IMG/VR virus record: IMGVR_UViG_3300046000_006960
Location: 1-53,760 of that record
Direction: 5' to 3' (one strand)
Length of the DNA stretch: 53,760 nucleotides
Source of the DNA: a virus
Lineage: Duplodnaviria > Caudoviricetes
Under the pieces are notes generated by a model. It saw nothing but the letters and a program-made list of their open reading frames with translations. It did not search any database and was not told the DNA's origin. Position numbers and translations under genes: made by a program. Positions 47,921 to 53,760 of this stretch are shown here, in pieces (positions within the stretch are counted from its first letter, which is position 1; the number at the start of each line of letters is the position of its first letter).

Positions 47921-48257
47921 GTAAATGTTAAATTATTTTATAATAATTTTTATAATGAATTATAAATGCGATTCTCCCCACCTCCACTATATTTAATCTC
48001 TAAAATGGCAGAGAATAGGATTATATTAAAGTCACTGCATCCACTAACGATAATTGTATTTATATACAATTGTTTATTAAGTCTAAATCAGTCTAAACAA
48101 TATAATGCAAATTTGTGAGCAGTACGCCACTCACTTAAATAGAACAAAATTAAGGGTCTTAATAAATGTTAAAGATATTGAATCTGTCTATTATATATAG
48201 ACCCTTATTTTTTAAATTATAAATTATAACAAAATTATTAACTAACAATTAAATATT

Positions 48258-48437
48258 ATGAGTAATACAATAAAAGAACATGATGAAAAGCGTAAAGATT
48301 TATGGATAAAAGCTTGGTGCGCAACTGCAAACGCAAATGATTGTAAGCATACGAGTACAGCTACAAGATACGCAGATGAGGCGTTAAAAGCTTTTGATGA
48401 TAGATTTCCAAAGCCAACAATCACTAAAGACGCTTAA
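48258..48437 (+). CDS. Small hypothetical protein (59 aa, not in the ORF track)
   Basis: MSNTIKEHDEKRKDLWIKAWCATANANDCK...RYADEALKAFDDRFPKP, with an ATTATG start context. Confidence 0.65.
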   Translation: MSNTIKEHDEKRKDLWIKAWCATANANDCKHTSTATRYADEALKAFDDRFPKPTITKDA

Positions 48438-48557
48438 TAATGAATAATATACAATATATAAGATTATGGTTTCCAGATGGTGAATTTACCTATGTACATA
48501 TTTGGAATACTATTGATTTAAATAATTGTTTAAAACTTAACTAAAACTAAAAACATT

Positions 48558-48887
48558 ATGAAAACAGAATTAAAATCTATATCTCAGCTTGAAAAAGCAG
48601 GATATAAAGGAACAAAAGTGATGTCAATGATTAAAGCTATTGAATCACAAGAAATTTTTAAACATTTACGACTTGTACAACAAGATGAATTTAGTAGATG
48701 TAAAAACAAATACAATAAGTTAGGTTATTTAACGCAACCATACTTTAGTTATTTATGGAACCTTTATTGGAACTTTGTATTAAATGATTTTAGATATGAA
48801 TCGTCAAAATCATGGACAGAGGTAACAAAGATTAAGAATGTTCAAACAGAACATATTGGAATGAAAATATTAAAATCTTTTAAATAA
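48558..48887 (+). CDS. Hypothetical protein
   Basis: 109 aa. Confidence 0.6.
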   Translation: MKTELKSISQLEKAGYKGTKVMSMIKAIESQEIFKHLRLVQQDEFSRCKNKYNKLGYLTQPYFSYLWNLYWNFVLNDFRYESSKSWTEVTKIKNVQTEHIGMKILKSFK

Positions 48888-48983
48888 AATAAAATATATC
48901 CAACGAGAACAAAAGTTCGGGAAGAAAGCAGTATAATACGTCTTGGTTCTGCATATTTTATATAAACTAATTAATTAAAAATT

Positions 48984-49157
48984 ATGAACACACAAAACAC
49001 ACCAAAAATTACTGCGAACAATAGTAACAGTAATAAGAATAAATTCTTCAAAAAAGAAGTAAAATTCAATTCACAACAACAACTTCAAGCTTATTTAGCT
49101 GATGCTGTTGTAAGTAACAAGCGTAAAGCATTCAATCTTACTGTTAAGATTGGTTAA
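48984..49157 (+). CDS. Small hypothetical protein (57 aa)
   Basis: MNTQNTPKITANNSNSNKNKFFKKEVKFNSQQQLQAYL..., ATTATG context. Confidence 0.6.
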   Translation: MNTQNTPKITANNSNSNKNKFFKKEVKFNSQQQLQAYLADAVVSNKRKAFNLTVKIG

Positions 49158-49168
49158 TATATTATATT

Positions 49169-49441
49169 ATGTTACGCCGTTTCAAACGATACATTGCTTA
49201 TAAGTTTATAGGTTATGTACCTGGTACTAGTAAATTAGCTACAATGGAAGCTAAAAGACTATCAAAACATATATTTGAGAATTGGGACGAAAACTCTCAA
49301 TTAATTATCTTAGATGATATTAAAATGAATTTAATTGAAATGAGAGAGAATCAAATTAAAAACAAAGAGATAGAAATTATTCAAGCTCAACAAAATTTAA
49401 AATCATTGCAATATAACTTTAGTAAATTGCAATTGAAATAA
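49169..49441 (+). CDS. Hypothetical coiled-coil protein
   Basis: 90 aa. Confidence 0.55.
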   Translation: MLRRFKRYIAYKFIGYVPGTSKLATMEAKRLSKHIFENWDENSQLIILDDIKMNLIEMRENQIKNKEIEIIQAQQNLKSLQYNFSKLQLK

Positions 49442-49446
49442 TAAAA

Positions 49447-49521
49447 GTCTTAATCGTACAATAGTGAGTATTCTCTATATTTTTTATAGAGACAATTTAG
49501 GTTCAAGTCCTAATTAAGATA
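49447..49521 (+). tRNA. tRNA-like element with an aberrant U-rich anticodon arm (Lys-UUU-like or pseudo-tRNA)
   Basis: Acceptor GTCTTAA/TTAAGAT, D stem GTAC/GTAT, anticodon stem CTCTA/TAGAG around 9 nt TATTTTTTA, T arm TTAGG-TTCAAGT-CCTAA. Confidence 0.6.
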
Positions 49522-49591
49522 TCGTATTTAGATAAAAGAAAAAGGTGCGTTCGTCAGTACAGGGAAGAGGTCCTATCTAAATTGGAACATA

Positions 49592-49663
49592 ATCTGTATC
49601 TGCTAAGGGTAAGCTGCCTAGCTTGGTGTTAGGAGAACGTGGGTTCGATCCCCATTACAGGTT
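49592..49663 (+). tRNA. tRNA-Pro(TGG), non-canonical
   Basis: Acceptor ATCTGTA/TACAGGT, anticodon arm CCTAG-CTTGGTG-TTAGG, T arm GTGGG-TTCGATC-CCCAT. Confidence 0.7.
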
Positions 49664-49800
49664 CAAATAAACTTCATAATGTTTATTTATTAGTTAGTTA
49701 ATAATGTGAGTGAAACTTAGCGTCCAGTCTGTGGAATAGGAGTAGCTCACATTTTTTAAATATTAGAAAACAATTAAAAACAATAAAAAATTAAATAATT

Positions 49801-49929
49801 ATGACAATATGGAAAATAGTATGTGTGACATACTTTCAGCTAGGAGTTAATGTTATAGGATTACCTATAGGTATTAATCATTATCAATGGGAAGCAAATA
49901 AAATTAAAACATCAAAATATCATGGATAA
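49801..49929 (+). CDS. Small hypothetical protein (42 aa)
   Basis: MTIWKIVCVTYFQLGVNVIGLPIGINHYQW..., A-rich leader. Confidence 0.4.
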   Translation: MTIWKIVCVTYFQLGVNVIGLPIGINHYQWEANKIKTSKYHG

Positions 49930-50015
49930 AAAAGAAATTGATTATTTAGATCAAATGGATTTAGATGGATGGTTTAATGGCCAAGTTATATGTTCCTAAT
50001 TAATAAATAAATAAA

Positions 50016-50711
50016 ATGAAAAAAGAAAAATATGTGGAATGCTTACAAGTTGTAAGTAATGTTTTTTACAAAGTAGGTAAATTGTATAAAATAATTGACG
50101 AATCTTTATTGCCATCTCAATTAAATATAATGGCAGAAAATGGAACTGAATCTAAAATAATAAATTGGACTGAAGATTTTTTATCAGCAGGAAATAATTG
50201 TTTTAAAATAGTAGAATGTTATTGTAATCAAGAAAAATGTAAAGACCAAGTGTTATCAAAAGAATTTAACAACGATATTTCAACTGTACAATCTTCAGAA
50301 GGAGCTGTATTTGAATTAGGCGATAAAATTACTGTATTTACAAGAACTTCTCCAAACAAAGGTAAAATGTTTACAATTCAAGGTTTTAGATGGAATAATA
50401 ATAAAACATCTATATGTGCTCTTACTGAATCACATGGTAAAAATGGTATTGGTTTAGACAAAATAGAATTATATGTTGAAACTAAAAAAGAATTAAGTTT
50501 ATTCGAACAAGCTAAAATTAAATACCCTGCAGGATGTAGAGTAAACAATGCAGGTATTATTTGAGTTGCGGCAATCCATTATCCAGGAGATTTTACATGT
50601 GGACCTGTTTTTGAAGATAAAATTAATTACATAACAAATAATTCATTAGAAGGGGATGGTAGAACAATTTATAATAAGCTAACAAAATCGTGGGCTGAAA
50701 TAATAATTTAA
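50016..50711 (+). pseudogene. Hypothetical gene interrupted by one in-frame TGA (50562-50564)
   Basis: The 182-aa ORF continues in frame for 48 codons after the TGA to TAA at 50711, 3 nt before the next ATG, ending IYNKLTKSWAEIII. Confidence 0.55.
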
Positions 50712-50714
50712 ATT

Positions 50715-51464
50715 ATGAAAAAATATAAATTAATAAAAGAATATCCGGGCAGTCCAATACTAGGATCTTTTACAGAAGGCACAAGTGAATCAGGGAAGTC
50801 TTGTAAAGTTATTAGACCAGACGGAATTACTTTTAGTAATTCTTTTGGATGGTATTGGGTGGAAAATTATCCAGAATTTTGGGAATTAGTAATTGAAAAA
50901 GATTATAAAGTGTTATCTATGAAATGTAATATATCAGGGTGTTTTCATTCTAATAATTGTGAATCAAGTATTGATTTTATGTTAGAAAATAAATATTCTA
51001 TTCATTCAGTTAAAAGGTTATCTGATGGAGAAATATTTACTATTGGTGATTTATGTAGCCCTATAGGTAAATATGATGACAATAAATGTATTTTAAATAG
51101 AATATGGTTTTGTGATCCAGGATGTCTAAGGTTATCAAGTGATAATTTTACATTAGGAATTAATGATATTCAAAAAGTTAAACAACCGTTATTTACAACT
51201 AAAGACGGTGTTGATATTTTTAAAGGAGATTCTTATTGTAAAGTAAATCATTATTCTGATTATAGTATTGTATCTGGATTTACAGCTCAAGGATCACATG
51301 AAAACTATGAAGGTTTAAAATTCTCAACCAAAGAATCTGCTCAAGAATATGTTTTAATGAATAAGCCTTGTTTGTCTGTTAGAAATATTATGTCTGAGAT
51401 ATCTTTAACAGATACTGAAAAAAAAACACTAAAAAGTTTAATCGAAAAAAAATTAAATAAATAG
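50715..51464 (+). CDS. Hypothetical protein, partly paralogous to the upstream gene
   Basis: KYKLIKEYPGS, IHSVKRLSDGEIFTIGD, LFTTKDGVDIFKGD. Confidence 0.7.
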   Translation: MKKYKLIKEYPGSPILGSFTEGTSESGKSCKVIRPDGITFSNSFGWYWVENYPEFWELVIEKDYKVLSMKCNISGCFHSNNCESSIDFMLENKYSIHSVKRLSDGEIFTIGDLCSPIGKYDDNKCILNRIWFCDPGCLRLSSDNFTLGINDIQKVKQPLFTTKDGVDIFKGDSYCKVNHYSDYSIVSGFTAQGSHENYEGLKFSTKESAQEYVLMNKPCLSVRNIMSEISLTDTEKKTLKSLIEKKLNK

Positions 51465-51466
51465 AT

Positions 51467-51637
51467 ATGAATTTAACAACAGTAACGTATCATTTTGAAG
51501 ATGGTACAAAGCAGGTTTCTCAAATTAACAAAGCAATGTTGAGAGATGAAAAAGGAAGATTAAGATCTCAAGAACAAATCATGAAAGTATTTGATGATAC
51601 AGCTCATGATCTTGGAGCAATTAAGTTTGAATTGTAG
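51467..51637 (+). CDS. Small hypothetical protein (56 aa)
   Basis: MNLTTVTYHFEDGTKQVSQINKAMLRDEKGRLRSQEQIMK... Confidence 0.6.
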   Translation: MNLTTVTYHFEDGTKQVSQINKAMLRDEKGRLRSQEQIMKVFDDTAHDLGAIKFEL

Positions 51638-51813
51638 TGATTTCAACTATAATTATTACTGTTATTTTTATAGTAGCTATTATATTTTTTTTAGGTTTTA
51701 TTCTACATTTAGGATATTTAATAATAACTCCTAGTAATAAATTATCAACAGATGATTTTGGAAAAAAGAATATGATAATAAAATACTTTAAACGTAAAAA
51801 TGATTGTAAATAA
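51637..51813 (+). CDS. Small membrane protein (GTG start, 58 aa)
   Basis: Long hydrophobic N-terminus. Overlaps the stop of the previous gene. Confidence 0.45.
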   Translation: MISTIIITVIFIVAIIFFLGFILHLGYLIITPSNKLSTDDFGKKNMIIKYFKRKNDCK

Positions 51814-52198
51814 AAAACCATTAGCAGGAAATATATTTGTAAGAATTAATAATAAATTCTACGAAATACCTGATGTGCCATTATTTAAAACTAAATCTAA
51901 TAAAGATGTGTATCTTTGTGGTTTATCAATGATTAATGAAGGTTATAATAAATACAAAACAATAGCTACTGTAAAAATAATAGAGGAAAATAAATATGAA
52001 GAAGTTCCTTTTGAATTGATTAAAAAATTTATTGATTATAAGTTTAGAAAAATTGTAATAGATAATGATGAATATGACATCCCATTACATATAATAGACG
52101 AACTAAAAAGTAAATTAAGTAAATTACATAAAAAAGACATAAGGTCTTTAAATTTAATAAAAGAAGAATATAATAAATATATTTTTAAACAAAATTAA
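51800..52198 (+). CDS. Hypothetical protein
   Basis: 132 aa. Confidence 0.6.
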   Translation: MIVNKKPLAGNIFVRINNKFYEIPDVPLFKTKSNKDVYLCGLSMINEGYNKYKTIATVKIIEENKYEEVPFELIKKFIDYKFRKIVIDNDEYDIPLHIIDELKSKLSKLHKKDIRSLNLIKEEYNKYIFKQN

Positions 52199-52200
52199 TT

Positions 52201-52401
52201 ATGGTCAAACAATATTCCCAATTATCATTGGCTGTAGACTTAGTTAGTTATGAATACAAAACCTCTAATCCTATAATTATATCTGAAAAAATTGAAGAAG
52301 ATTTAGGATTAGAGTATACTATTCATCAAGTAGCTGATTATATGGATATTAATAAATTTGAAGATTATGAAAAACAATCAAACATGATACAATATGTGTA
52401 A
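52201..52401 (+). CDS. Hypothetical protein
   Basis: 66 aa. Confidence 0.6.
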   Translation: MVKQYSQLSLAVDLVSYEYKTSNPIIISEKIEEDLGLEYTIHQVADYMDINKFEDYEKQSNMIQYV

Positions 52402-52585
52402 CAATTTAGTACAATGTCCTGAATGTATTGGTGCAAAAGAAATAATGATCCCTAAAGAAACTAAAGGATTTAAATATGTTTCTTGCAACTTATGTAATGG
52501 AGAAGGAAAAGTTCATCCACAAATAGCAGATGATTTCATATTTGCTATGACTGAAGATGATTTTGAAACAAACGATGATTGGTAA
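52394..52585 (+). CDS. DnaJ-type zinc-finger miniprotein
   Basis: CPECIGAK and CNLCNGEG. Confidence 0.65.
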   Translation: MCNNLVQCPECIGAKEIMIPKETKGFKYVSCNLCNGEGKVHPQIADDFIFAMTEDDFETNDDW

Positions 52586-52965
52586 TGGAAAAAGAATTTA
52601 TACCTTACGAACAAGCATTAGTTCTAAAAGAATTAGGATTTGATGAACCTTGTTTAGTTTTTTGGACAAATACTCCTAAATATAAAGGAGATAACATACA
52701 ATTATGTATTACTGATGGGATGCATGGTTATTCTCCTGATTCAATTTCATTTAAACAAGATTTTCTTAGAGAAGGTGAAGTTTTAGCTCCACTTTACCAA
52801 CAAGCATTTAGATGGTTTAGAGATAAACATAATTTACATTGCAATATAGATCCGTGGGGTTATTGTATTTACGATGATAATCAAACTGAAAAAACAGGTT
52901 TTAAGTCTTATAAAAAATCACAAACTGAATGTTTAAAGAAATTAATAGAAATAGTAAAAGAATGA
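52579..52965 (+). CDS. Conserved Bacteroidota-phage hypothetical protein
   Basis: EFIPYEQALVLKELGFDEPC...APLYQQAFRWFRDKH. Confidence 0.7.
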   Translation: MVMEKEFIPYEQALVLKELGFDEPCLVFWTNTPKYKGDNIQLCITDGMHGYSPDSISFKQDFLREGEVLAPLYQQAFRWFRDKHNLHCNIDPWGYCIYDDNQTEKTGFKSYKKSQTECLKKLIEIVKE

Positions 52966-53357
52966 AAAAAAACTTAATTGCAGTATATGGTTCATTACGA
53001 AAAGAAATGGGTAATGATTACATATTAAAAAATGCTGAATATTTAGGAGAATTTAAGACAGAACCTATTTTTAGCTTATATAGTCTAGGATCATATCCAG
53101 GACTAAAAGAAAATGGATCTACTTCAGTAGTAATGGAAGTTTATGAAGTAGATGATGTTACAGCTAATCGCGTTGATAGTCTTGAAGGATATTCTCCTGA
53201 TTCACCAGCTACATTTTACGATAAAATTCCAATTAAAACACCTTACGGTGATGCTAGTGTCTATACTTACGTAAATAACATACCAGAAGATAGATTAGTA
53301 GAGTCAGGTGATTGGAAAGAATATAAAACAGCGTATTTTTCACCAACAATGAATTAA
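52962..53357 (+). CDS. Gamma-glutamylcyclotransferase (GGCT/AIG2-like)
   Basis: IAVYGSLR, YPGL, EVYEV, DSLEGY, SGDW. Probable start is ATG 52962 rather than 52929. Confidence 0.85.
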   Translation: MKKNLIAVYGSLRKEMGNDYILKNAEYLGEFKTEPIFSLYSLGSYPGLKENGSTSVVMEVYEVDDVTANRVDSLEGYSPDSPATFYDKIPIKTPYGDASVYTYVNNIPEDRLVESGDWKEYKTAYFSPTMN

Positions 53358-53375
53358 TAATTTAAAAACAAAATT

Positions 53376-53699
53376 ATGGAATTAAGTAAAATAAAGAATA
53401 CTTGTTCAATGTTTGAACTTGGTGATGTTAATTATCTTGAAGATAAGACAAAAAAAAATTTTGATACATTTATTATTCAAGAGTTTGTTAAATTAGGTAT
53501 TAATCCTAATAAAGAAAACTATGCAATAATCTATAATTGCACAAATTCAACAAATTATAAAGCAGCAAAAAAATTAGGCTTTAAACAAGTTGCTAGATAC
53601 AAAGGGTATTCTCACGATAGAGATGTAAAAGTATTAATTTGGAAATCAAACAAATACAGTTTAATAGAAAAACTTGAAGTGTTTTTTAAATTCAGATAA
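53376..53699 (+). CDS. Hypothetical protein
   Basis: 107 aa, with AAKKLGFKQV weakly GNAT-like. Confidence 0.55.
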   Translation: MELSKIKNTCSMFELGDVNYLEDKTKKNFDTFIIQEFVKLGINPNKENYAIIYNCTNSTNYKAAKKLGFKQVARYKGYSHDRDVKVLIWKSNKYSLIEKLEVFFKFR

Positions 53700-53760
53700 A
53701 TTAAATGATAGAAAATTCTTATATACTTGATTTCCAAGTATTGAAAGAACAGAATATCCC

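Larger units (their letters stand above)
47222..47968 (+). mobile_element. Group I intron (subgroup IA-like), 747 nt, in the tmRNA T-loop
   Basis: P1 GAGTT/GACTC with U47221-G47230 wobble at the 5' splice site. P element AATTGCTGGAA, Q AATCAGCAG, R TTCAACGACTA, S GATATAGTCT. P3 TTGGA/TCCAA, P7 GACTA/TAGTC with a P7-P3 insertion, P8 CACCT/AGGTG, P9 CACTAGT-GAAA-ACTAGTG. Terminal G47968. Confidence 0.93.
46888..47986 (+). ncRNA. ssrA: tmRNA, two exons (46888-47221 and 47969-47986), CCA not encoded
   Basis: 5' GGGGGTG pairs with 3' CACCTCC-A, giving the Ala G3-U70 pair and discriminator A. TGGTTTTGACAGG 5' motif. Helix 2 TTAATACAAT/ATTGTATTAA and CAGC/GCTG. Spliced T-arm GGGAG-TTCGATT-CTCCC. 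Internal tag ORF ends in IAA-stop. Confidence 0.95.

Noticed and set aside
48242-48424. Minus-strand 60-aa ORF
   Set aside because: Shadow of the better plus-strand ORF 48258-48437, which has a typical start context.
50540-50711. Diversity-generating retroelement variable region
   Set aside because: No reverse transcriptase and no template repeat differing at adenines was found in the window.
51621-51821. Minus-strand 66-aa ORF
   Set aside because: Opposes a continuous plus-strand operon, and plus-strand ORF 51637-51813 fills the space.
1-53760. Genome-wide stop-codon reassignment as in some crAss-like phages
   Set aside because: Long genes are intact under code 11, TAG and TGA end genes at coupled junctions, and no suppressor tRNA was seen.

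Overview
AT-rich segment of a Crassvirales-like (crAss-like) phage genome infecting a Bacteroidota host, probably flavobacterial. It uses the standard genetic code, since TAA, TAG and TGA all end genes. Positions 1-43.4 kb are a minus-strand late/virion block: small genes, GroES-like, putative TerS, GroEL-like, TerL, portal, scaffold, major capsid, ring/hub/fibre proteins, a lysis cassette with a GH73 endolysin, an exonuclease cassette, tail muzzle and large cargo/ejection proteins. Three free-standing GIY-YIG endonucleases are interspersed. Seven Bacteroidota-type -33/-7 promoters with identical spacing lie on the minus strand. After a strand switch near 43.9 kb comes a plus-strand early/accessory region of small ORFs dense in structured RNA. 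The main finding is a complete phage tmRNA (46888-47986) with an unusually long 33-codon tag. It is split in its T-loop by a 747-nt group IA intron that carries an antisense single-motif LAGLIDADG endonuclease with its own promoter. Also notable: a ~350-nt pseudoknotted candidate ncRNA with its own promoter and terminator at the strand switch, an array of stem-closed RNA modules, and two non-canonical tRNAs. Protein family calls rest on motifs and gene order recognised by eye; no database search was run.
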